The notes below the pieces were generated by a model that did not search any database, was not told the DNA's origin, and was given only the letters and a program-made list of their open reading frames with translations. Position numbers and translations under genes: made by a program. This document shows, piece after piece, positions 27,751-38,200 of a stretch of DNA of 64,000 nt (positions are counted from its first letter, which is position 1; every line of letters begins with the position of its first letter). The DNA is from a virus: IMG/VR virus record IMGVR_UViG_3300005613_000035, positions 1 to 64,000 of that record; one strand, written 5' to 3'.

Positions 27751-28097
27751 CTCTTGCTAATATATTTACAACGCTTTTACAAAATAATATTGGTGAGTCC
27801 CTCCAAGATTTAAAATACAATTTTACAATAGACCAGATATACCTGTTTTATGAAAAGTGTAAACAGACGGAGTTGGATAATAATAGAATGCAGGCTATTA
27901 TTCAATCAAGAGTACGCTATTGTTTTTCACCATCTTATAACAAGACAGAACCAAGAAAGAAGTCTAGAGACTGGAAAAAGTTTATGGATAGCTTAGATTG
28001 GGATAAAATAAGTAAGAAGCATGAGAAACCAGATCCAAAAGTATTGAAGTCTGTATTTATGGGGTTTGGTATACCAGTCAAGAAAAAGGGTGTGTAA
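27660..28097 (+). CDS. Tail assembly chaperone frameshift extension (gpT-like)
   Basis: In the -1 frame relative to the chaperone, lacks a good RBS, ends just before the tape measure. Confidence 0.72.
   Translation: MDHLKKRIDPSVPGGSRKNRGTTKRRKTQLTLANIFTTLLQNNIGESLQDLKYNFTIDQIYLFYEKCKQTELDNNRMQAIIQSRVRYCFSPSYNKTEPRKKSRDWKKFMDSLDWDKISKKHEKPDPKVLKSVFMGFGIPVKKKGV
27672..27708 (+). promoter_or_regulatory. -1 programmed frameshift site with stimulatory hairpin
   Basis: A AAA AAC heptamer at 27672-27678, followed by CCCCAG-tgttc-CTGGGG hairpin. Confidence 0.72.
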
Positions 28098-28103
28098 TAG
28101 TAT

Positions 28104-31100
28104 ATGACAACTAATGTTGGTGGCGTATCTATAGGTATCTTTGCGGATGTCCGTAGTCTTAGAGATGGTGTTAAGACTTCCATTGCTGAGCTTGATAGTT
28201 TTAGGAAGAGACTAAACAAGATTAGGCTAGCTGGTGCTATAACAGGAGATCCATTCTCAGCTACTAAAAAGTATATGAAGGAAGCTACGGCTGGGTTGAA
28301 TAGGGTATTTTCTAAATGGTCTGATAATGTATCCGCTACTGAAAATAAAATGAGTAGGATAGCTAAAGCATCTGCGAGAAATGCTGAAAGTGTTATCAAA
28401 GACTTTGGTAAAATTACTACTCATATTGAAGCTTCTGGCAACAAGCTTGAAGCTTGGGTTGACATATTAAAGAAAGTACAGCAAGGCTCCCCCAATATGG
28501 CTAAATTGGTGGAGAAAGATACTGGTATACTAAGTAAAACAGGCAGCCCTTTAATGGGGGCTGCTTGGCAAAAAAAGTTAAAAGCAGACCCTGAAGCTCA
28601 AAAATCATTTCAAGAATTTATAAATAGCTTTAAAGGTTTTACTAGAACTGCGGATGCAATTGTATCAGATTTTGAGAAGAAGATGCAGCATAAAACTGGT
28701 GTAACTTATGCACAGTTTAAAGCATTCTTAGCTAATATGAGTGCTGAAATAACTTCTTCCCCTCTCATAGCAGAATTAGAAGCTATGACTGGAAAAATAG
28801 CAAAAAGTTTTAAGGTAGATGCTGCTTTTAGAACTGCACAAAGAATGATTACTGCGTCAGATCCTAAAATAGTAGAAGAAGAAAGAATTGGTAGGCTTCA
28901 GGATTTAAGAGAAAAAGAATTAAAGTTAAGTGCTGAGATAAAAGCTGGTATTAAAGTAAGAGAGAATAAGTTAGCTCTTGTTAGAAACTTATTGGAAAAG
29001 GAAAAAGAAGGTGGCGTAATAAGCGAGGGGCAGCGTGCCTTTTTAAGAGAGCAAGCTGCTGCTGAAAGAGCACTTATAAACCAGAAAGAATTAAGGATAG
29101 AGCAACACAAGAAAGAAACTGCTGAGGTTAATAAGTTAAGTAAAGCCTTGGAGTATACCGCTGCCAGGGAAGCTCGAAGAAAAGGTGTTAGTGTTAGTGG
29201 TGAAGCGCTTCCACCTAAAGAGATGATAACAGGAGAGCCTAATAGAATACTGCAAGAAAGAGTAAAGTTAATTCTTGCTTCAAGACTTGAGATAGGTAAA
29301 GCAAAAGAAGCAATAAGCCAGAACTTCCAAATAGAAAAAAACAGATTAGTTGTTATACAAGCATTAAATAGATTAAAAAAAGCTGGTGTAGAAATATCAA
29401 AAGGGGAGATACTGGCTCAAGAATTAGCGAGCAAGCAAGCTAAGTATAAGGAAGAAATAGCTGATGCTTCAAATATTATTAAGGCTCGTGAACGTCAGGT
29501 AGCTACTTTAAATAAACTTACAGTAGCTGAAACCAAACTTAGAACCGAGATAAAAGCTGGTATTAAAGTAAGAGAGAATAAGTTAGCTCTTGTTAGAAAT
29601 TTACAAACCAGAGAAAAAGAGGGTGGAAGATTAAACGAAGAGCAGGCCGACTTCTTGAAAAGTCAGGCTGCTACTGAAAGAGCACTTATAAACCAGAAAG
29701 AATTAAGGATAGAGCAACACAAGAAAGAAGTTGCAGCACTTAAAAAAGTAAGAGTTGAGTTAGAGCTTACAGATGCTATTAAAGGTAAGCAGGCAGGATT
29801 TAAAGCAAGAGGTATTACACCTACAAGACAACTTTCAACTGAGGATACTACAAGTGTTTATAAGAAAAGTGCAGATTTAATAAAGTCTGCTAATCAAGAA
29901 ATAGCTAAAGCATATAAGTTAATAGAAAAGAACTTTAATGTTGAGAAGAACAGACTTGTCATCATACGTAAGTTGAATGAATTAAAGGGGTATGGTGTAA
30001 GAATATCAAAAGCTGAATTGCAGGCACAAACAAAATTATATAACAAAGATACCTACACAAGAGAATTAAAGGATGCAGGAGATTTAAATAAAGCCCGTGA
30101 AAGACAAGTAGCTACATCAGAAAAGCTTGTTATAGCTGAAGCTAAGCTAAGAGCTGAAAGAAAAGTTGGTATTGGTGTTCAAGAGTTTAGGAATAACCTT
30201 GCAAAAATTTATCAGCAGCGGCAGGCGAACGGTGAAGTACTGTTAAATAAAGAAGTAGCAGCTTTAAATAAATACAATAAGTCCCTTAAACGAGGAGGAT
30301 TTTTATCTAAAGATTGGTTTAAGCAAAGGGCAGGATGGTTTATTCAGCTACGAGCGTTCTGGGGAATTTATAGAGCGGCATCAGAAGCATTCACGGCTGT
30401 TAAGAAGTTTGAAGAAGAGCTTAAGAATTTACAAGCTGTAACAAAATCTACAAGTGCTCAGCTAGCAAACATGAAGGATATTTCAATTGCTCTTGGTAAA
30501 ACAATGTCAGTTGAGCTTACAACTATAGCTAGTGGTATGGTTAAGTTAGGACAAGCAGGTTTAGATGTTGTTGAAACCTCAAGTGCTATAAAGGATGTAA
30601 CTACACTAGCTGTTGCTACTATGACAGATATGACTACAGCAAGTGATTTAGTAACAACAGCTATGAAAGCTTGGGGCGAAGAAACTGATGATACAGCTCT
30701 TGTAGTAGATATACTTGCAAATACTGTAAACAGATCAAAAGTTACAATTGATGGATTATCTACAGCACTTCAGTATGTAACTGGTGTTGCACCACAGGTT
30801 GGTATGTCGTTCAAGGAAACTTCTGGTGTAATTGGTATACTTGCTAATCAAGGTATAAAATTAAGTAAAGTAGGTACAGGATTAAGATCGTTATTAGGGG
30901 AATTGCTAAGACCATCTAAAAGATTCACGTCAGAATTACACAAGGTAGGTCTTACCTTGAGTGATATAGATGTTAAAACTAGAGGATTTACTTCTGTACT
31001 CGAAGATTTACAGGCTAGTGGATTTGATGCAACCAGTGCATTTAAAGGTTTGGATCGTAGAGCTGCGTCTGCTATTTCAGCTCTTATTTCACAAGCTGGA

Positions 31101-34100
31101 AGTGTAAGAGAGTTTTCTGAATCTTTATCTGACGCTGGTTCTGCAGCTACTATGGCGTCAACTCAAATGGAATCCTTGAATAGTAAGATAACTATTACAA
31201 AAAATAAAATAAATATTCTTGCATCACAGATATACGATTTTGCTACACCTCTTATGAAGTTGGGTACTGATGTATTAGGGGGAGTTGTTACAGGTCTTAC
31301 AGAAATGGATTCTAAGATTGTACATGTTATAAGTACATTAACTACTGGTGGTATTATACTATTAATTTCTGGTTTAACATATTGGTTATACTCATCAATT
31401 AAAGCATTCTACATATTTTCAGTAGGAGTAGGTAACGCTACAACTGTACTTGGCTTTTTTGCAATAGGATTAACAAAAGTAAGAGAAGTACTTGCATTCT
31501 TAGTTACAGGTCCTGGTGCTATTATAGGTATATCAGTTGCTCTTCTTGTTACATTAGTAGCACATATTGCAAAGTCAACTTATGCGTTAAGTGACTTAGC
31601 TAAGAAAGCAGTAGAAAGTAGAAATAAATTTTACAAACTTAATGCTGAGTATGAAAACTTTAAGGATCTAACTGAAAAGTATACTAAAGCAGTAAAGGAG
31701 CACAATTATGAGCAAGCAAGAAAAATTGCTGCTATGGATAAAGAACTTAATAGTATACATTTACTTGGATTAGAAGAAGACGAACAGATAAAGAGAATTA
31801 AAAAGATAACAGAATTAAAGAAAGAATTATCTGAACAGCAGCTAAGATCTGCACGTGAAAACGAAGCTGCAATGGCAAATTTAACAGCAAGCCAGGCTTT
31901 ACAAGATGTTACAGGAATAACACCATCAGCGGAATCTACGGACGTATACGGTGTAAGTGGAACTCCAGCACGTTCTTTAGATGAGAGAAGAGCTGATGCA
32001 GATAAGAAATTACAGAGAGTATTTGCTACTATGCGAAACTCTGCTGATGTTATTATAAGTAAGAATAAAGATGTTAGTGTAAGTGTTAAAGATATTATAC
32101 TTCAGTTAAAGATAGCAGGATATTCTTATGATACTATAAAAGAAGCTGCTATTGTGGCAGGAAGTGCTGAAAGAAATAGGTTTATTGAGTTTGAAGACTA
32201 TTTAAAAGAACAGCTTAAGATACAAGAGGTGCTTAATACAAAAGCTAGAGAGTGGAAAAAGATTGCGGAAGAAGTAGATAAGATAGATAAAGCAGGCGGT
32301 GTTAAAAAAGGTCAGGATTTAACGTATATTTTAGATTTAATGGTAGACGCTAATGTAGAACTACAAAACTTTAAGAAAAATTATAGTGGTCTTTTTAAGA
32401 AACTAAAAAAAGGATTTAAAGACGATCCCCAAACTGCTCTCAAATTTTCTAAAGCAGTAACGGAAACTTTAGGTAAAACTACTATGGAGACTGTTACTGA
32501 AATAAAAGAAATGTTTAAAAAATCTAAGATTTTGGAACCATTTCTTGGGGATATGGAAAAAGCTAAGGCATCTTTAGTAACACTTGTTAGAGCGTTTAGA
32601 CTTAATAGTCTTCAAGAAGCTTTAGGGGGATTTTTAGATGCCAAATCAGTAGATGATATGAATGTAAAGATAGCTCAGTTTGCTGAAAAAGTAGAGTTAA
32701 TAGGTAAAAAGAGAATAGGTGTAGAGAGTGAAATAACAGCAATACTTAAAGAAGCAGCCGGATTATTAAAAGGATATGGATTAACATCTAAACAAATAAT
32801 TGAAATTGAAAAGTTAAGAGCTGAAGCTATTAGAAAAACACGTATAGAATATAGCAAAACATTAGATATAGAAAACAGAGGACTCCAAGCTAGTATTGAC
32901 AAATTTAGAGGTGTTAATGAATTTGAAAGAAAAAGGACAGAGCTTAGAGCTAAATTTTTAGAGGATGAAATGAAAGCTCAAGATGCTATTGGCGTTCTTG
33001 AGGAAAAGAAGAGCAGAACACCACAGGAAGAGGATAATTTAAAAAGAGCAAAAGATAACATAAATCTTCTTAGACTTAATAATTCCTTAGCAGAAGAAAG
33101 AATAACAATTGAGGAAGAAATATATAGAATACGTGATAAAACTGAAGCTAAGCTGATAGAAAATACTAAAAAGCGTATTCAACTTGAAATAGATGAGCCT
33201 ACTAATAAGCTTGCTATGATAGAACTTGAGAAGGAAGCTATAGATTTAAAGCTTAAGGAATCCTATTTAATACAAGACCTTGAAATTACAGGTAAAGAAC
33301 AGTATGATCTTCAGAAAGATATAAATAAACTTGAGGCTGATAAATTAAAGATACGTGAAAAGCAGAAACGTGCAGCAAGTATTATGTATGACATAACTGG
33401 TAGAATGAAAGACCAGATGCAGAACTTTCATGACATTATGACAGAGGTTGGTGTAATGTTTGCTACTGGTATGGCATCAGGTCTTGGTAGTACAATGTCT
33501 GACTTTGCTGGTGGATTTCAAGAGCAGCAACAAGAGGTTAAAAATCTTAAGGGTGAGTTAGCAGATTTAGATAATGAATACCAGGACGCTCTATCTGATG
33601 GAAACATGGAGAGAGCACAGGAAATAGCGGATGAAATGGCTAGACTCCGTAAAAATATTGATGATCTTGAAGATCCAATACATAATTTAAAGGAAGCGTT
33701 TAAGGATTTCTTTAAAAGTTTGATTGATGATATACGAGCTGCTTTAAGTCAATGGATTGCTATGCAAGCTGTTATGGGTATTGTTAACTCAGTTGCTGGT
33801 GCTTGGCAAAATCCAGGTTATACAGGGGGTAATTTTTCGCCGTACGTGGCAGCACATGGTGGCGTTTTACCAAGAATAGATGCGTTTCAGAGCTTTAGCT
33901 CTGGTGGACTTACAGGGAACCCAACCCTTGCATTGTTAGGTGATAACAAAAGTGGTAGAGAACTGGTAATTCCTGAAGAGAATATTCAAAAGGATAGCGT
34001 TCATGGTTATACTCGTGCTACTGATAATAAACAACCAATTAATGTAATTAATGTTTTAACGAAAGATGATATTGTTGGTGTTATGAGTGGGGCATCAGGA

Positions 34101-34175
34101 GAGCGAGTAATTTTAAATACTATAGGTAAGGATCTTAGGTCTAATGGTCCAATATCAAAAAGATTAAGAGTGTAG
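28104..34175 (+). CDS. Tape measure protein (TP901-type core)
   Basis: 2023 aa helical; LGQAG, ALQYV..VA, LANQGIK.SK.GTGLR; C-terminal AHGG/SGG motifs. Confidence 0.95.
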   Translation: MTTNVGGVSIGIFADVRSLRDGVKTSIAELDSFRKRLNKIRLAGAITGDPFSATKKYMKEATAGLNRVFSKWSDNVSATENKMSRIAKASARNAESVIKDFGKITTHIEASGNKLEAWVDILKKVQQGSPNMAKLVEKDTGILSKTGSPLMGAAWQKKLKADPEAQKSFQEFINSFKGFTRTADAIVSDFEKKMQHKTGVTYAQFKAFLANMSAEITSSPLIAELEAMTGKIAKSFKVDAAFRTAQRMITASDPKIVEEERIGRLQDLREKELKLSAEIKAGIKVRENKLALVRNLLEKEKEGGVISEGQRAFLREQAAAERALINQKELRIEQHKKETAEVNKLSKALEYTAAREARRKGVSVSGEALPPKEMITGEPNRILQERVKLILASRLEIGKAKEAISQNFQIEKNRLVVIQALNRLKKAGVEISKGEILAQELASKQAKYKEEIADASNIIKARERQVATLNKLTVAETKLRTEIKAGIKVRENKLALVRNLQTREKEGGRLNEEQADFLKSQAATERALINQKELRIEQHKKEVAALKKVRVELELTDAIKGKQAGFKARGITPTRQLSTEDTTSVYKKSADLIKSANQEIAKAYKLIEKNFNVEKNRLVIIRKLNELKGYGVRISKAELQAQTKLYNKDTYTRELKDAGDLNKARERQVATSEKLVIAEAKLRAERKVGIGVQEFRNNLAKIYQQRQANGEVLLNKEVAALNKYNKSLKRGGFLSKDWFKQRAGWFIQLRAFWGIYRAASEAFTAVKKFEEELKNLQAVTKSTSAQLANMKDISIALGKTMSVELTTIASGMVKLGQAGLDVVETSSAIKDVTTLAVATMTDMTTASDLVTTAMKAWGEETDDTALVVDILANTVNRSKVTIDGLSTALQYVTGVAPQVGMSFKETSGVIGILANQGIKLSKVGTGLRSLLGELLRPSKRFTSELHKVGLTLSDIDVKTRGFTSVLEDLQASGFDATSAFKGLDRRAASAISALISQAGSVREFSESLSDAGSAATMASTQMESLNSKITITKNKINILASQIYDFATPLMKLGTDVLGGVVTGLTEMDSKIVHVISTLTTGGIILLISGLTYWLYSSIKAFYIFSVGVGNATTVLGFFAIGLTKVREVLAFLVTGPGAIIGISVALLVTLVAHIAKSTYALSDLAKKAVESRNKFYKLNAEYENFKDLTEKYTKAVKEHNYEQARKIAAMDKELNSIHLLGLEEDEQIKRIKKITELKKELSEQQLRSARENEAAMANLTASQALQDVTGITPSAESTDVYGVSGTPARSLDERRADADKKLQRVFATMRNSADVIISKNKDVSVSVKDIILQLKIAGYSYDTIKEAAIVAGSAERNRFIEFEDYLKEQLKIQEVLNTKAREWKKIAEEVDKIDKAGGVKKGQDLTYILDLMVDANVELQNFKKNYSGLFKKLKKGFKDDPQTALKFSKAVTETLGKTTMETVTEIKEMFKKSKILEPFLGDMEKAKASLVTLVRAFRLNSLQEALGGFLDAKSVDDMNVKIAQFAEKVELIGKKRIGVESEITAILKEAAGLLKGYGLTSKQIIEIEKLRAEAIRKTRIEYSKTLDIENRGLQASIDKFRGVNEFERKRTELRAKFLEDEMKAQDAIGVLEEKKSRTPQEEDNLKRAKDNINLLRLNNSLAEERITIEEEIYRIRDKTEAKLIENTKKRIQLEIDEPTNKLAMIELEKEAIDLKLKESYLIQDLEITGKEQYDLQKDINKLEADKLKIREKQKRAASIMYDITGRMKDQMQNFHDIMTEVGVMFATGMASGLGSTMSDFAGGFQEQQQEVKNLKGELADLDNEYQDALSDGNMERAQEIADEMARLRKNIDDLEDPIHNLKEAFKDFFKSLIDDIRAALSQWIAMQAVMGIVNSVAGAWQNPGYTGGNFSPYVAAHGGVLPRIDAFQSFSSGGLTGNPTLALLGDNKSGRELVIPEENIQKDSVHGYTRATDNKQPINVINVLTKDDIVGVMSGASGERVILNTIGKDLRSNGPISKRLRV
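28935..29729 (+). repeat. 612-bp-period internal duplication in tape measure
   Basis: Identical blocks 28935-28987/29547-29599 and 29062-29117/29674-29729. Confidence 0.9.
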
Positions 34176-34184
34176 GAGAATAGT

Positions 34185-34889
34185 ATGACTCAAGATATAA
34201 CTGCAACATTTTTAAAAGAAGCTGTAAAGAGAGATGGTATATCTATTGCAGATATGTACGTATTAAATGCATCTATATCTCCAGGTTGGGACCCTATATA
34301 TTTTATATCTTACAACCAGAATATAATGGGTTGGGAAATGAATGCGACTGGTGATTTAGTAAATTCTGCAACTTTATATACCGGATTACCTATAACTCGT
34401 GATGCTATTAAAGGAGGAACTTCAGGAGAAGTACCAGAGCTTACAATATCTGTACCTAATGTTGACAGAACCATAGAGAGTTATATACAAAACTATGATA
34501 ACTTAAGGGGTCGTGATTTTTATATACTAACTGGATTTACAAAGCATTTACCTTCAGGAGCTTCAGCAGGACATATAGGTTCAGTTCCTGATAGATTTGC
34601 AATGATGAAGGAAAAGCTATTTATTGATAGCACTACCTCTAATGCTGAAGTAGTTTCGTTCTCGTGTAAACCAAAGTTTTTAATAAAGAATAAAGTTCTC
34701 CCTGGACGAACATTTTCAAGAGAGTGCCAGTGGGTGTATGCTTCAGCAGAATGTGGTATTACAAACGCAACTCTACTCGCTTCCTACCCATCTTGTAACA
34801 AATCATTAGATAATTGTATTATAAGAAAAAATAAAAGTAGGTTCGGCGGATTTCCTGGAATTCCAAATAAGGCAATCATTGTAATATGA
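34185..34889 (+). CDS. Tail tip protein L-like (hub) with Cys cluster
   Basis: LPGR...CQW....EC...CNKSLDNC...RFGGFP. Confidence 0.85.
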   Translation: MTQDITATFLKEAVKRDGISIADMYVLNASISPGWDPIYFISYNQNIMGWEMNATGDLVNSATLYTGLPITRDAIKGGTSGEVPELTISVPNVDRTIESYIQNYDNLRGRDFYILTGFTKHLPSGASAGHIGSVPDRFAMMKEKLFIDSTTSNAEVVSFSCKPKFLIKNKVLPGRTFSRECQWVYASAECGITNATLLASYPSCNKSLDNCIIRKNKSRFGGFPGIPNKAIIVI

Positions 34890-35284
34890 CCTTTTCAAAA
34901 TATATTAATATACCATATAAGCATAAAGGAGATACTTTCAAGAGCTGTGATTGTTTAGGTCTTGTAAAGTTAATTTTAAGAGAAGAAAGTAATATATTCT
35001 TGCCTGAATTTTGGTATGTAGAATGCTGGAAAGATGGGGATAACTATTTTACGGATAATATAGGAAGCGTAAGCACTAAAAAAGTTAAGCCTCCATATAA
35101 AAAATTAGATGGTCTCCTGTTTTATGACGAAAAGAGAAAGTATGTAAAGCATATAGGTTTATACATTGGTAATAGCAGATTTATACATACATATAGAAAG
35201 AATTCTTCAAGAGTTGATAAGTTAGGTGGATATTGGTCATCAAGATTGTATGAAGCTGTACGATATACAGGAAAAAGGGGATAA
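34886..35284 (+). CDS. NlpC/P60 tail protein (gpK-like)
   Basis: DCLGLV, HIGLYIG, FIH. Confidence 0.9.
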   Translation: MTFSKYINIPYKHKGDTFKSCDCLGLVKLILREESNIFLPEFWYVECWKDGDNYFTDNIGSVSTKKVKPPYKKLDGLLFYDEKRKYVKHIGLYIGNSRFIHTYRKNSSRVDKLGGYWSSRLYEAVRYTGKRG

Positions 35285-35290
35285 ACTATA

Positions 35291-38200
35291 ATGGCGTATG
35301 TATCATTTAGAAATGCATTAGACGAAACATCAGAATTCATACAGATAGATAAAAAATATTTATTAGATGCTGCATATGAATATGCCCGCATTTCTGATGA
35401 TAGTATAAATACTTTTATTTTAAATAAAAGAGTAGTACTCTTTCTAAATGATGAAGTTGTACCAATAAATTCCTGGAATTCCAGAAAAGTATATGATGAT
35501 GACTATATTATAATAGTACCAGAACTTGAAGGTGGTAGCTTGGGTGGGTTTCTGCAAATAGTTGCTGGTGTTGTTATTGGTGTGACAACAGGACGTTGGG
35601 ACATTGCTGCCGCTATGATTCTTAGTGGGGCATTAGGAGTAGTATCTAATCTATTGTTCCAACCAGATTTACCAACAAGTCAAGTAGGTGGGAGTAGATC
35701 AACACAAACATACAATTGGTCTGGTATAAAAACTATAGCTAGATCTGACACCCCAATTCCTGTTGTTTATGGGACACATGCTGTAGGTGGAAATGTATTA
35801 TCTTTATACACAGATGTAACACATGATGTGTCATATCTTAATATGTTAATTGCACTATGTGAAGGTGAAATAGAAGGTATTTGTCAAGAGTTTGATCATA
35901 CTGAAATATGCACAACATCTGATAAAACAGGTTTTAAGGTTAAAGTATTACAGGAAGATGAAGTTTCTGGTGTGAACACTGCGGCTAAAGTTATAACTCC
36001 TGCTGATTGTACAGGATTAACAAAAGCTGCCGGTACATTAACTATAGAATTAAAATGCAGTGATCCAACAGCTTTTGAAAGTAAAGTATTAAGAGCAGCA
36101 GAAGTTTCGAGTACTCAATGGCCATCTACAACTTTTACACCTGTGGATTGCACCGGACTAACAAAAGCTAACGGAAAGTTTACTATAGAGCTTAAATGTA
36201 GCAGCCCTGATGCTCTTACATGCTTTACAGCAATAGAGGTTACAAGTTCTGGATCTTATTCTTCCGAAATGTGGTATCACGAATTAACTGAGGAAGATAT
36301 AGAGCTTGTGAGTTCTACATATAGGGTATTTAGCTGGTCTATGGATGATTGGGTAACTAAAGGTGGAGAACTTGATGTTACTGAGATAGATTATATAAGA
36401 TGGTATACATCTGACTTACTTGATAACTGTCTGCTATCTTGGAGAAATGCAAGGGTATCTTGGGCAGATTATGAAGCTTTTACATCTCCTACCTATATTG
36501 AACTTACAAGCTCTGGAGCGCCAGATACTGAAGAATGGTATTATGAGTTAACTTCAACTGATCTTGCTATGCTAAGCTCATCTTATACTACATTCAGTAT
36601 TTCAATGGAAGACTGGGTTACACAAGGTGGAGAACTTGATGTTACTGAGATAGATTATGTAAGGTGGTACACTGCTGACGCATTAGGTTTAACATTATAT
36701 TGGAGGAATGCAAAGGTATCTTGGACAGATGTTGATGACCCTTACGTTTCTCCAGCAATATATATAGACGATCAACCATTACGCTTTTATGATGAACTTG
36801 AATGGTGGTATAGAAAGGGAGTTAATTTACCAGATAGTACTAAGAGTGATTATGATCCGAGTTACCAGAATAGAATTCCTAATTTTGACAGCATTAAAGT
36901 CCAATATGATGATGGTAGAACTGTACCAGCAGCTCCTCGTCATATTGAATATATAACTACAAAGCCTGTTGACATGCTTATTCTTCATTTCTACACACCA
37001 CAATTATATGATGCAAGTGGTGGAAGCTTTAAAGATAAAGAAATAAGATTTAAAATATCCTATTCAACAGATGGAGAAACCTATTCAGATGCAAGTCCTC
37101 TTATAAAAAATACGTATGAACCTTTATTAACTGCTGTTGATGACTGGAATACAGTATACTGCACTTGTGATAATTATATAAACAGCCAATACAAATATAC
37201 ACCATCAGACTCGTACACTATAAAAGTACTAAATAATAATTCTAACACAGACGACTTTGGATTAAAACATTTTGATATTTTTATAAATGTTATGAATTCT
37301 AATGGGGACATACTTATAAATAATCAAAGGATAGTAAATACTTTATGGATGTATAAAGGTATTGATTTTACATACTTTCCTGTTTTTGAATATGAGATTG
37401 GTCTTCATTTTGATGTTCCTGTTGGTGCAGAATATATAGTATCTTCAGAAATAGCCCAAGAAATAGGAACAGAAGTAAGTATAGAAGGTAAAACAAAAAC
37501 TGGGTTATGGAGATCTATATACCTAGATTTCACTACGTTTGGTCTACCTGGTAGAGAGGTATACTACATAAAGATGTATAGAACTGATGGTGGTGCTTCT
37601 ACTGAACTTACTATTGCTAACGATCTTGAGCTAAATTCAGTAGTTGAGACTGTATATGGGGAATATATTTATCCAAATACTGCTTTATTAGGTTTAAGAA
37701 TTAAAGCAACTGAGCAAATATCTGGATCTCCACCTAATGTAGTAACTATATTGAAGGGTACAAAGATAGAAGTGCCTGATCTATCAGAGGACGATGACTT
37801 TATAGATTGTTATTGGGATGATGTACAGGAAAGATGGGAGTGTGAAGGTAGCGAAAGAACTTGGGATGAAGTTACTACAACAACAGAATATTGTAATAAT
37901 GCAATACTTTGTGTGCGGGATTTATTATTATCCTCAAGATATGGATTAGGAGATTACTATACAGCATCAGATTTTGATACTCCAGAAATTATTACTGCAA
38001 TAAAAGAATGCCACAAGTACTTTGATCCTTTTGATGCAGAAGAATATTTAAGTTGGTGGAGTACGGGGACTGATAATGACTGGCTTACTTGGTGGGGTAT
38101 TAGTGACAGCACTCCTGAACCTTTAAGAAGTGGTGTATCGTATGATGCATCTGCTAGAACTGTAACTGTAGATTATACTAATTGCGGTAGTTTTGTAATG

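Noticed and set aside
36340-36680. Near-identical repeats in the tail tip gene (and in the tape measure and HD 3' end) as a DGR TR/VR pair
   Set aside because: Differences include non-adenine changes or go in both directions, and the copies read as coding duplications rather than template/variable repeats.
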